Shown one piece after another: positions 9,646 to 20,035 of a DNA stretch of 48,479 bases. This DNA is from Nitrospinota bacterium (GTDB lineage Bacteria; JADFOP01), in assembly GCA_022562795.1 (NCBI GenBank), contig JADFOP010000012.1, forward strand, positions 1 through 48,479, in the 5' to 3' direction. The first letter of the stretch is position 1. Each line of letters starts with the position of its first letter. The notes beneath the pieces were generated by a model. The model was not told where the DNA came from and made no database searches. It was given only the letters and a program-made list of their open reading frames with translations. The position numbers and the translations under genes were made by a program.

Positions 9646-9679
9646 AAATCGCGGAAAATCGCGGAAAATCGCGGAAAAC
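9646..9679 (+). repeat. 10-bp tandem repeat (AAATCGCGGA) x3
   Basis: aaatcgcgga-aaatcgcgga-aaatcgcgga-aaac in the convergent mscS/thiC gap. Confidence 0.9.
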
Positions 9680-9753
9680 CGGGCTGGTAGGTATACTTAC
9701 AGAATGTGAAAGCCACAGCCGCCCTCGATCTTAAACCCTGCCGCCTTCTATCC

Positions 9754-11157
<1,404 letters not shown>

Positions 11158-11216
11158 AGCTCGTTACCTCCTGATTACGTGGAGAGAGTATGGGTTTATG
11201 ATGCCTGCCTCCTATT

Positions 11217-11873
11217 TTACGGGCGGGCCGGGGCGGCCTCGGTCATCTCACTAAGAATCCCTCGAGCCGCCTCAGCCGGGTCGTCGGCGGCAATGACGGC
11301 GCTGATGAGGGCCACACCACAGGCCCCGTGGGCGAGCACCTCGGCGACGTTGCCCGGCTTCACCCCCCCGAGGCCGATAACGGGGACGGACGTCCCCAGA
11401 GCCGCCGCAACCTCCTGGAGGGCCTCAAGGCCGACGGGAGGGCCGTAGGCGGCCTTGGAGGGGGTGTAGAAGAGGGGGCCGAAGAAGATGTAGTCGGCCC
11501 CCGCCTCGGCTGCCTGCCTGGCTTCGGCGAGCGAGTGGGTGGAGACCCCCACCAGCATCTCCTCGCCGACGATCCGTCGGGCGATGGCGGGCGGCAGGCC
11601 TCTGGCCGGTAGATGCACCCCGTCGGCCCCAACCGCGAGGGCCACATCCGCCCGGTCGTTGATGATGAGATGCGCCCCCCGCTCGGCGGTCAGCGCCCTA
11701 AGCTCCTCTGCCAAAGCCGTAAGCTTCCCGGCCGCCATGTCCTTCTCTCTAAGTTGAAACCACCGGGCCCCGCCGTCCAGGGCGCTCGCCACGACGTCGG
11801 CGAGCGGCCGGCCCCGGGTCTTGGCCCGGTCTGTGATGACCATCAGGTCGATCTGGCTGGACAGCTTCCTCAC
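11217..11873 (-). CDS. thiE: Thiamine-phosphate synthase
   Basis: QLREK, INDR.DVA...GADGVHL, GVSTHS, TPSK, LGG motifs. Confidence 0.95.
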   Translation of the reverse strand: MRKLSSQIDLMVITDRAKTRGRPLADVVASALDGGARWFQLREKDMAAGKLTALAEELRALTAERGAHLIINDRADVALAVGADGVHLPARGLPPAIARRIVGEEMLVGVSTHSLAEARQAAEAGADYIFFGPLFYTPSKAAYGPPVGLEALQEVAAALGTSVPVIGLGGVKPGNVAEVLAHGACGVALISAVIAADDPAEAARGILSEMTEAAPARP

Positions 11874-12649
11874 TCGATGAGTCCCTCCAGGGGGCTCGAG
11901 GCGGAGGCGTAGAGCTTACGCGGTATGCGGCCGGCCAAGTAGGCGAGCCGCCCGCTCTCGATGGCGAGCTTCATGGCACGGGCCATCCCGATGGGGTCCC
12001 TGGCCCCGGCGATCGCGGTGTTCATCAGAACCGCGTCGCACCCGAGCTCCATGGCGATGGAGGCGTCGCTGGCGGTCCCCACCCCGGCGTCGACGATGAT
12101 GGGGACGGTCGCCTGCTCCAGGATGATGCGGATGTTGTAAGGGTTTCGGACACCCAGCCCGCTGCCGATGGGCGCCCCCAGGGGCATGACGCATGCGGCT
12201 CCGGCCTCCACGAGCTGGCGGCAGACCACCGGGTCGTCGTTGGTGTAGGGCATCACCACGAAGCCCTCCTTGGCCAGCACCTCGGTTGCTTTAAGCAGCT
12301 GGGGGTTGTCGGGAAAGAGGGTATCCCGGCAGCCGATGACCTCGAGCTTCACCAGATCGGATATCCCCGCCTCGCGGGCCAGCCTGGAGGTCCGGATGGC
12401 CTCCTCGGCCGTGTAGCAGCCGGCCGTGTTGGGCAGGACCGTCACCCTGGATAGGTCGATGTAGTCCAGCAGGTTCTCCTGCGTGCGGTCGAGAATGTTG
12501 ACCCGCCTGACGGCTACAGTAATTATCTCAGCCCCCGAGGCCTCCAGGACCTCGGCGTTTTGTTTGAAGTCCTTGTACTTGCCGCTGCCGATGATCAACC
12601 GGGAGCGAAACCGCCGCCCGGCGACCTCAAGATGGTCGTTCTCCACCAT
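11870..12649 (-). CDS. thiG: Thiazole synthase
   Basis: [34 protein letters not shown]. Confidence 0.97.
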   Translation of the reverse strand: MVENDHLEVAGRRFRSRLIIGSGKYKDFKQNAEVLEASGAEIITVAVRRVNILDRTQENLLDYIDLSRVTVLPNTAGCYTAEEAIRTSRLAREAGISDLVKLEVIGCRDTLFPDNPQLLKATEVLAKEGFVVMPYTNDDPVVCRQLVEAGAACVMPLGAPIGSGLGVRNPYNIRIILEQATVPIIVDAGVGTASDASIAMELGCDAVLMNTAIAGARDPIGMARAMKLAIESGRLAYLAGRIPRKLYASASSPLEGLIE

Positions 12650-12852
12650 TAGCCGCCTCCTACAAAGGTGACAATCTCAACCACATCCCCATCGCGGAGT
12701 TTCTCCTCTCCATAGGCCGCCTTGGGAACAATGTCACGGTTGCGCTCCACGGCCAGTAGCTCAGGCCGCATGCCGAGCTCCTCGATGAGCGAGGCCACAG
12801 TGGTCCCATCGGCCACTTCATGGCTCTCGCCGTTTAGATGAATAATCAGCAC
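12649..12852 (-). CDS. thiS: Sulfur carrier protein
   Basis: LNGE, AVERN..IVP, C-terminal VGGG, coupled to thiG. Confidence 0.95.
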   Translation of the reverse strand: MLIIHLNGESHEVADGTTVASLIEELGMRPELLAVERNRDIVPKAAYGEEKLRDGDVVEIVTFVGGG

Positions 12853-13011
12853 AAGGTGGACCTTCTAGGGTCGGCCGGCGACGGGGAGGGGCAGCGGGGG
12901 GCGACGGGCCCACAAGAACAACGCCGCCTCCCTGATCGTGGGAGGCGGCGCGGCGAGTAAGCGAGTGATGCGCGCTAAGTGCCGGGTGAATTGCCAAAAA
13001 CCCCGGCCTTC

Positions 13012-13112
<101 letters not shown>

Positions 13113-13120
13113 ACATTCAT

Positions 13121-13150
13121 AATATACCTTTCCGGCGCAGCGTTCGTCAA
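13121..13150 (-). promoter_or_regulatory. sigma70-type promoter for the thi operon
   Basis: TTGACG-18 nt-TATATT ending about 8 nt before the riboswitch. Confidence 0.6.
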
Positions 13151-13264
13151 GGGGCATCGAAAGGCGCCCGCGGCTCGGCCCGTTAAAGGCCGGAGGCCGG
13201 GCCCTTGGCTGACCCTAGCACTTAGAGGAAAGGGAAGAATTGGCGCCCCGGCCTCCCCTCGCCC

Positions 13265-13294
13265 TTGCCTTCCCCTCTCAGGGTGGGGTATTAT
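13265..13294 (+). promoter_or_regulatory. sigma70-type promoter for the mqn operon
   Basis: TTGCCT-18 nt-TATTAT, about 50 nt before ATG 13345. Confidence 0.5.
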
Positions 13295-13344
13295 GAGGAG
13301 TTCCGGGCTTTGAGTCGTTAAGGAAAAGAAGGGAGCCGTCTTCC

Positions 13345-14808
13345 ATGGCCTACGGTTCACTAAGAGCCTTTGTAGAGCGGCTGGATGCAGCCGGCGAGCT
13401 GGTCCGCATCAAAACCCCCGTGAGCCCCGTCCTGGAGATAACCGAGATCGCCGACCGGGTGGTCAAGGCCGGCGGGCCGGCGCTGCTCTTCGAGCAGGTG
13501 GAGGGCTCAGCCTATCCCCTTATAATTAACGCCTTCGGGAGCGAGCGGCGGATGGCGTGGGCCCTGGGGTTCGAATCCCTCGACGAGGTGACCAAAGACA
13601 TCGAGGACCTGCTTGAGTTCGAGGTGCCCGAGGGCTGGATCGACAAGATCAAGCTCCTGCCGAAGCTTGCAAAGCTCGCCTCCTACGCGCCCGAGACGGT
13701 CTCTTCGGGGCCGTGCCAGGAGGTGGTGGAGACCGAGCCCTCCCTCGACGAGCTTCCCATCATGAAGTGCTGGCCCGAAGACGGGGGCCGATACATCACC
13801 TTCCCCCAGGTCATCACCCGAAGCCCCCGCGACGGCAAGCGCAACGTCGGCATGTACCGGATGCAGGTCCTCGACGAGCGCTCCACCATCATGCACTGGC
13901 AGCTCCACCACGACGCCAACCGCCACTACCACGAGGCGGAGCAGATGGGCCTGGATAGGCTCGAGGTGGCCGTGGCCCTGGGGGGCGACCCGGCCCTCAC
14001 TTACTCCGCCACGGCCCCCATCCCGCCCGGTATGGATGAGTACCTCTTCGGCGGATACTTCCGCAAAGAGAAGGTGCGGCTGGTAAAGGCCAAGACCGTG
14101 GAGCTGGAGGTGCCCGCCAGCGCCGACTTCGTCCTCGAAGGCTACGTCAAGGTGGGCGAGACCCGCACAGAGGGGCCCTTCGGCGACCACACGGGGTTTT
14201 ACACGGGCCTGGAGCAGTACCCCGTCTTTCATCTCACTGCCATAACCCGCAGGCGCGACCCCATCTACCCCTCCACCATGGTGGGCAAGCCCATCATGGA
14301 GGACGCCTACCTGGGTCTCGCCACACTCCGTCTGTTCTTGCCAATTTTGAAGATGCAGATCCCCGAACTTGTCGACTTCCATATGCCCCCCGAGGCGTGC
14401 TTTCACAACCTGGCCATCGTCTCCATCGAGAAACGCTACCCCTACCAGGCCCGCAAAGTGGTCCACCAGCTCTGGGGCCTTGGCCAGATGATGCTGACCA
14501 AGTGCATCGTTGTTGTGGACGCTCACATCGACGTTCGCAACCCCACCGAAGCGCTCTGGTACACGGCCGGCAACATAGACGCCCGCCGCGACGTTTTCTT
14601 CGCCGACGGGCCCGTGGACGTCCTTGACCACGCCTCCCCCTTCCTCGGCGCCGGCAGCAAGATGGGCATCGACGCAACGAGGAAGATGCCGGAGGAGGGC
14701 CACCCACGGGGCTGGCCCGAGGAGATTTTGATGACCGAGGAGATGGTCGAAAGGGTCACGGCCCGCTGGAAGGAGTATGGCCTTGCAGAGATCGTCCCAC
14801 TTGGGTGA
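13345..14808 (+). CDS. mqnL: UbiD-family menaquinone biosynthesis decarboxylase
   Basis: GGPALLFE, WP.DGG.YIT, RNVGMYR, EGPFGDHTGFY, GSKMGIDAT. Lies in the futalosine cluster. Confidence 0.9.
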   Translation: MAYGSLRAFVERLDAAGELVRIKTPVSPVLEITEIADRVVKAGGPALLFEQVEGSAYPLIINAFGSERRMAWALGFESLDEVTKDIEDLLEFEVPEGWIDKIKLLPKLAKLASYAPETVSSGPCQEVVETEPSLDELPIMKCWPEDGGRYITFPQVITRSPRDGKRNVGMYRMQVLDERSTIMHWQLHHDANRHYHEAEQMGLDRLEVAVALGGDPALTYSATAPIPPGMDEYLFGGYFRKEKVRLVKAKTVELEVPASADFVLEGYVKVGETRTEGPFGDHTGFYTGLEQYPVFHLTAITRRRDPIYPSTMVGKPIMEDAYLGLATLRLFLPILKMQIPELVDFHMPPEACFHNLAIVSIEKRYPYQARKVVHQLWGLGQMMLTKCIVVVDAHIDVRNPTEALWYTAGNIDARRDVFFADGPVDVLDHASPFLGAGSKMGIDATRKMPEEGHPRGWPEEILMTEEMVERVTARWKEYGLAEIVPLG

Positions 14809-15676
14809 GGCGACGGCGCGGTCCCGGCCCGCCTTGCCGCTCATCCTCGAGGACATAAAGCTCGCACACACCGTCTTCGCCATGCCCTTCGCCCTGATGG
14901 GGGCGCTCCTGGCGGCTGACGGGCTTCCGAGCCTGTGGGAGCTCACCTGGATCGTGGTCGCCGTGGTGGGCGCCCGAAGCGCCGCGATGGCGTTTAACCG
15001 GCTTGTTGACGCCCCTCTCGATGCCGCCCACGACCGTACCGAAGGCCGGCCCCTGCCGTCGGGCAAGGCCAGCCCACGCCACTACAAAGCCTTCATCGCC
15101 TGCTCTATAGCCCTGTTTGAGCTGGCCGCATGGATGCTCAACAGCCTCGCGTTCCTGCTCTCGCCGGTGGTGCTGGCCATCATCCTCGGCTACTCCTACA
15201 CCAAGCGCTTCACCCGTTGGAGCCACCTCTGGCTGGGGGTGGCGCTTGCCTGCGCCCCCATCGGCGCGTGGATCGCCATCCGCGGCGACATCGCCCTGGC
15301 CCCCCTCCTGCTGGGGGTGGCCGTGGCCTTCTGGGTCGCAGGGTTCGACACCTTATACGCCTGCCAGGACGTTGAGCATGACGCCGCTATGGGGCTTCAA
15401 AGCCTCCCTAGGGCCCTGGGGCTTAAGGGGGCTCTCCATGCCGCCCGGGCCTTCCACGTCCTTATGGTGGTGGCGCTGGTGGGGCTGCTGTTCGCGGCCG
15501 GCCTGGGCTGGATCTACCTTGCAGGGGTTCTGGTGGCAGTTGGGCTGCTGGTATACGAGCATATCCTTGTCCGCCCAGAGGACCTATCGAGGCTGCCCGT
15601 CGCGTTCCTCCACATCAACGGGTTGGTGAGCTTCACCCTCCTGGCGGCCACCGGTATAGAAAGGATTGTCCTATGA
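14777..15676 (+). CDS. mqnP: UbiA-family polyprenyltransferase
   Basis: IK..HTVFAMPFA, ARSAAMAFNRLVD, RPLP.G, YSYTKRFT, FD..YACQD. Exact start uncertain. Confidence 0.9.
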   Translation: MALQRSSHLGEATARSRPALPLILEDIKLAHTVFAMPFALMGALLAADGLPSLWELTWIVVAVVGARSAAMAFNRLVDAPLDAAHDRTEGRPLPSGKASPRHYKAFIACSIALFELAAWMLNSLAFLLSPVVLAIILGYSYTKRFTRWSHLWLGVALACAPIGAWIAIRGDIALAPLLLGVAVAFWVAGFDTLYACQDVEHDAAMGLQSLPRALGLKGALHAARAFHVLMVVALVGLLFAAGLGWIYLAGVLVAVGLLVYEHILVRPEDLSRLPVAFLHINGLVSFTLLAATGIERIVL

Positions 15677-16773
15677 GTGAGCGAGCTTCCTGGCGCGATG
15701 AGGCCCTCGGGCCCATCGCCGAGAAAGTGGCCGCAGGCGAGCGGCTCTCGGCCGAAGACGGCCTCGTTCTGTTCGGCACACCCGACCTGTTGGGTCTCGG
15801 CGCGCTGGCGAACCAGGTAAGGGAGTCCCTCCACGGCAACGTTACACACTTCAATCAGAACCGCCATATCAACCCGACCAACATCTGCGAGGCCCACTGC
15901 CGCTTCTGCGCCTTCGGACGCGCCCCAGGCGCCGCCGGGGCCTACCAGTATTCCATCGAGGAGATTGTGGCCAAGGCCCGCGAGGCCGAAGCCGCCGGGG
16001 CCCGCGAGATCCACATCGTGGGCGGCCACCACCCGGACCTCTCCCTGGAGTGGTACTTAGAGATGCTTGAGGCCATGAAGCGGGCCTGCCCGGAGCTCCA
16101 CTTGAAAGCCTTTACGGCTATGGAGATAGACTACTTCACCGAGATAACGGGTCTCTCGGCGCGCGAGGTAATCGAGCGTCTCATGAATGCGGGGATGGAT
16201 TCCATGCCGGGCGGTGGGGCTGAGGTTTTCGCCCCCCGTGTGCGCAAGATAATTTGCCGGAACAAGGGCACCGGGGAACGCTGGATTGAGATCCACCGAA
16301 TCGCACACGGCCTTGGCATAAAAAGCAACTGCACGATGCTCTACGGCCACGTGGAGACGCACGAAGAGCGGGTCGACCACCTCCTTCAGCTTCGCGCGCT
16401 CCAGGACGAGACGGGCGGCTTCCAGGCGTTCGTGCCGCTGGTATTCCACCCCGAGAACACCGCTCTCAGGCGCATCACCAAGGCCAGCGGTGTGGAGGAC
16501 CTCCGGCTCATAGCCGTTTCCCGGCTGCTGCTCGACAACATTCCACACATCAAGGCCTACTGGATAATGCTGGGGATTAAAACGGCCCAAGTGGCTCTCG
16601 CCTTCGGGGCCGACGACCTGGACGGCACTGTGGTGGAAGAGAAGATTTTCCACGATGCGGGAGCCGACTCCCCCCAGGAGGTCCCCCTGGACGAGCTCGT
16701 GAGCCTCATCCGCGCCGCCGGGCGCGAGCCCGTCGAGCGCGACACCGTCTACAACGTCGTCCAACGCCACTAA
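15673..16773 (+). CDS. mqnE: Aminofutalosine synthase (radical SAM)
   Basis: NRHINPTNICEAHCRFCAF, HLKAFTA.EI, HIKAYW, DDLDGTVVEEKI.H.AG. Confidence 0.93.
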   Translation: MSERASWRDEALGPIAEKVAAGERLSAEDGLVLFGTPDLLGLGALANQVRESLHGNVTHFNQNRHINPTNICEAHCRFCAFGRAPGAAGAYQYSIEEIVAKAREAEAAGAREIHIVGGHHPDLSLEWYLEMLEAMKRACPELHLKAFTAMEIDYFTEITGLSAREVIERLMNAGMDSMPGGGAEVFAPRVRKIICRNKGTGERWIEIHRIAHGLGIKSNCTMLYGHVETHEERVDHLLQLRALQDETGGFQAFVPLVFHPENTALRRITKASGVEDLRLIAVSRLLLDNIPHIKAYWIMLGIKTAQVALAFGADDLDGTVVEEKIFHDAGADSPQEVPLDELVSLIRAAGREPVERDTVYNVVQRH

Positions 16774-16788
16774 AGAGGAACTCTCAGC

Positions 16789-17598
16789 GTGACGCAGCCG
16801 CGGCCCCGGCTCGGGATTCACTCGTTCTTGAACGCCATGCCCCTCGTGTGGCCCCTCATCAAGGGCCAGATGGAGCATCCTTTCGAGGTGGTGTTCGACA
16901 CACCGGCCCGGCTGGCCGACAGTCTCTCGGCCGGCCGCCTTGATGTCGCCATGGTCCCATCGGTGGAGGTCGCCCGTCACCCCGATTGGCGCGTTATGCG
17001 GGGGCCGGCGATCGCCTCCAATGGGGCCGTAGGCACCGTTGTCGTTGTCTCCCATAGGCCCCTCAAGGAAGTCCGCCGCCTGGCGGTGGACACCAAGAGC
17101 CGAACGAGCATCGTAATGATCGAAATTCTCTTTCGGAAGCGTTTCGGGCACCTGCCCGAGCTCGTACCCATGGCCGACGACCTGGAGGCGATGCTCGGCT
17201 CTTGCGAAGCTGCGCTCGTCATCGGCAACACGGCGTTCGGCGCGTCCCGCCTGGCCACACAGGGCTACCAGGTTGAAGACCTGGGCAGGCAGTGGTATGC
17301 TCTCACCCGCAAGCCCTTCGTCCACGCCGTCTACGCAGTGCGGCGAGGAGTAGAGTTAGGTCGAGCCGCCTCGCTCCTTGCCGAGGCCAAAGAGGCCGGG
17401 CTCGCACAGCTGGAAGCCATCGCCGAGAGCGAGGGCCCACCCATCGGCCTAGCCACTGACGAGGCCCTGGCCTATCTGCGAGATAAAATTATCTACGATC
17501 TGACCCCCAGGGAGGTCGCCGGCCTGGAGACCTTCTTGGCCCTCGGCGAGGAGCTAGGCCTGCTGGAGGGCCCGGTGGAGCTACGCTGGTATGAGTGA
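16789..17598 (+). CDS. mqnA: Chorismate dehydratase
   Basis: I..LN..PL, P..L...L..G.LD...VPSVE, SRTS, A.LVIG, DLG..W...T..PFV.A. Confidence 0.88.
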   Translation: MTQPRPRLGIHSFLNAMPLVWPLIKGQMEHPFEVVFDTPARLADSLSAGRLDVAMVPSVEVARHPDWRVMRGPAIASNGAVGTVVVVSHRPLKEVRRLAVDTKSRTSIVMIEILFRKRFGHLPELVPMADDLEAMLGSCEAALVIGNTAFGASRLATQGYQVEDLGRQWYALTRKPFVHAVYAVRRGVELGRAASLLAEAKEAGLAQLEAIAESEGPPIGLATDEALAYLRDKIIYDLTPREVAGLETFLALGEELGLLEGPVELRWYE

Positions 17599-18673
17599 GG
17601 CAAACGTCAGGACGATCCTGGACAATGCCCTTGAGGGCCAACGGCTTACGAGCGACGATGCTCTGCGTCTTCTTGAGTCGGAGGAGTTGTTGGCGATAGG
17701 CCGCGCGGCCCAGGAGGTCGCCCTCCGCCGCCACCCCGAAGGCGCCGTCACCTACATAGTGGACCGTAACATCAACTACTCAAACGTCTGCAGCGCCGTT
17801 TGCACCTTCTGCGCCTTTTACCGCACACGCGGCCACGATGAAGCCTACGAACTGACCCGCCAGGAAATCTACGAAAAGATGGATGAGCTGGCGAGCCTCG
17901 GCGGCCGCCAGGTGCTCATGCAGGGTGGGCTTCACCCCGACCTGTCTCTTTCCTTCTACGAGGAGCTGCTGGCCGACCTCAAGGCCCGCTACCCCGAGGT
18001 CAACCTCCACACATTCAGCCCGCCGGAGATCATCAACTTCGTCGACCTCGAGGGCATCTCTCTGCGGGAGGTCATACGCCGCCTTAAGGCCGCGGGTCTG
18101 GGCTCCATTCCCGGCGGCGGGGCGGAGATTCTCGTTGAGGAGGTCCGCGACCGGATAAGCCGGGGCAAGGGCTCTGCGGCCCAGTGGCTAGAGGTCATGG
18201 AGACGGCCCACGAAGAGGGGCTTCGGACCACGGCCACCATGATGTTCGGCCACGTCGAGACGCTGGCCGACCGGGTTGAGCACCTCGAGGCCCTCCGTGA
18301 GCTGCAGGACCGAACCGGAGGCTTCACCGCATTCATCTGCTGGACCTTCCAGCCCGACAACACCCCCTTGGGAAAGAAACTCAACTACCGGCGGACCACC
18401 AGCCACGAGTACCTGAAGACCCAGGCGGTCGGGAGGCTCTTCCTCGATAACATCGAAAACGTCCAGACCTCCTGGGTCACCCAGGGCGAGAAAATCGGCC
18501 AGCTGTCTCTGCTCTTCGGGGCCAACGACTTCGGCGGCACCATGATGGAGGAAAACGTCGTCAGCGCCGCCGGAACCTACCATTACGTAAGCGAGGAGCG
18601 GATTCGGGAGCTGATTTCCGAGCTGGGCTTCACCCCCAAGCGGCGCACCACCTTCTACGAGCTTCTGGAGTGA
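17591..18673 (+). CDS. mqnC: Cyclic dehypoxanthine futalosine synthase (radical SAM)
   Basis: YIVDRNINYSNVC...C.FCAF, QGGLHP, SWVTQG, MMEENVVSAAG. Confidence 0.95.
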   Translation: MSEANVRTILDNALEGQRLTSDDALRLLESEELLAIGRAAQEVALRRHPEGAVTYIVDRNINYSNVCSAVCTFCAFYRTRGHDEAYELTRQEIYEKMDELASLGGRQVLMQGGLHPDLSLSFYEELLADLKARYPEVNLHTFSPPEIINFVDLEGISLREVIRRLKAAGLGSIPGGGAEILVEEVRDRISRGKGSAAQWLEVMETAHEEGLRTTATMMFGHVETLADRVEHLEALRELQDRTGGFTAFICWTFQPDNTPLGKKLNYRRTTSHEYLKTQAVGRLFLDNIENVQTSWVTQGEKIGQLSLLFGANDFGGTMMEENVVSAAGTYHYVSEERIRELISELGFTPKRRTTFYELLE

Positions 18674-19302
18674 GGGAGGCCCTGATGGGTCTGCGCTCCC
18701 TCGCTCCCCTGGCGGCAGCTGTCCTCCTGGCGGTCGCCCCCGTTCTTCCGGCCTCAGCCGCCAAGGGGGGTGTTGCCGAGCTCACCGTCGTCGATATAAC
18801 CCAAAGCCCGACGCTCACCAGTTCCCATTGCGCGGTATTCGGGATTAGGTTGAGGATGAAGAGGGAGGCCGTCCTCAAGCGCCTCGGCGAGAAGGATCTG
18901 CTGTGGGGCTATTACAACGGCTATCTGCTGACCGAGAAGAAATTTTCCGACATAATCTACGTCTACGACCGCTTGAGCTCCGAGGCCGTGGGGGGAGCCC
19001 TCCTTCGGCTGAAGTTCAATAACGACGGGCGGCTGGCCTCCATCATCCTCTATCCGGCCATGGGCAAGTACCTGGTCGGTGAGAGCAAGCTCCTGGTTGA
19101 CCAGGAGGTGCTGGAGCCGTCGGTCCGCCGCCGACTCCTCGGCCGGGCCGATAAGGTTGAGTCCCAGGACCTACCCATCATCGATCTCAAGCTCGACATC
19201 TACAACTACTGGGCCCGCGGGTTTCAGATTCGCCACAAGCACTCCTACTCCAAACGGACCGACGAGGTCTACTTCAGCCTCATCCCCCCTAAGAATCCAT
19301 AG
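18670..19302 (+). CDS. Hypothetical exported protein
   Basis: Overlaps the mqnC stop (GTGA). Signal-peptide-like LAPLAAAVLLAVAPVLPASA. No family recognised. Confidence 0.7.
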   Translation: MREALMGLRSLAPLAAAVLLAVAPVLPASAAKGGVAELTVVDITQSPTLTSSHCAVFGIRLRMKREAVLKRLGEKDLLWGYYNGYLLTEKKFSDIIYVYDRLSSEAVGGALLRLKFNNDGRLASIILYPAMGKYLVGESKLLVDQEVLEPSVRRRLLGRADKVESQDLPIIDLKLDIYNYWARGFQIRHKHSYSKRTDEVYFSLIPPKNP

Positions 19303-19382
19303 GTTGGACCTCCTCCACACTGGTGGGGTCTCTCCAATGGGGTCAAGGCTTATAATTGCAACCCCCTAAACTTGATTTTCCC

Positions 19383-19411
19383 TTGATGGGTGAAGGGTTC
19401 TAAAGTATATT
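19383..19411 (+). promoter_or_regulatory. sigma70-type promoter
   Basis: TTGATG-17 nt-TATATT in AT-rich gap before the glycine-zipper gene. Confidence 0.55.
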
Positions 19412-19462
19412 AAAATTAAGCGTAGGTTAGTGCCAAGTTAAAAATAATAGGAGGTAACCATC

Positions 19463-19921
19463 GTGCGATACGGAATTATCATCGTAGCCGTCTTAGCTCT
19501 GCTGGCTGCGCCCCTCCCGACGGTGGCCCCACAGGCTTCCGCCGGGGAGGAGACAGTTAAGGGGGCTCTCGGTGGCGCCGCCCTCGGCGGCCTCGTGGGA
19601 GCGGGAGTAGGCGCCCTTACGAAGCACAAGGGCAAGCGACGCCCCCTCGAGGGACTCGCCATCGGCGCCGGGGCGGGAGCCCTGTTGGGCGGTACCTTAG
19701 GAGCCCAGAAAGACGCCGCCGCCCGGCAGCAGGCCGAGCAACCTGTCTACCAGCAGCAAGGTTACGCGGGCCAGCCTGGCTACGGCGGTCAGCAGGGATA
19801 CGGGCAACCCATTCCTCAGGGAGGCCCGACGCCGGAAGCGCTTGAGATGGAGCGCCTCCGCCAGAGGAACCTGGAGCTTGAGCTAGAGATCGAGCGGCTT
19901 AGGAGCCAGCAGCAGCGTTAA
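19463..19921 (+). CDS. Exported glycine-zipper protein with Q/G/Y-rich linker and coiled-coil tail
   Basis: Strong RBS AGGAGG, signal peptide, GALGGAALGGLVGAGVG / GLAIGAGAGALLGGTLG, QQGY repeats. Confidence 0.85.
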   Translation: MRYGIIIVAVLALLAAPLPTVAPQASAGEETVKGALGGAALGGLVGAGVGALTKHKGKRRPLEGLAIGAGAGALLGGTLGAQKDAAARQQAEQPVYQQQGYAGQPGYGGQQGYGQPIPQGGPTPEALEMERLRQRNLELELEIERLRSQQQR

Positions 19922-19952
19922 CAACGGCGATCCAGTAACCATCCATAGCAAG

Positions 19953-19983
19953 AGCCCAGGCCCGACGGGCGGGTCTGGGCTTT
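19953..19983 (+). terminator. Probable intrinsic terminator
   Basis: AGCCCAGGCCCG-ACGGG-CGGGTCTGGGCT hairpin followed by TT. Confidence 0.6.
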
Positions 19984-20005
19984 CGTCCGTCTGAGGCGCG
20001 GTATT

Positions 20006-20035
20006 CGGAAAATGGCGGAAAATGGCGGAAAATCC
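20006..20035 (+). repeat. 10-bp tandem repeat (CGGAAAATGG) x3 overlapping the amidohydrolase start
   Basis: cggaaaatgg-cggaaaatgg-cggaaaatcc followed by GGGACAAATCCC. Confidence 0.9.

Noticed and set aside
13507-17325. Long minus-strand ORFs (519 aa and 422 aa)
   Set aside because: Antisense shadows of the high-GC mqn genes. The same applies to similar ORFs opposite thiC, glgA, galT and mscS.
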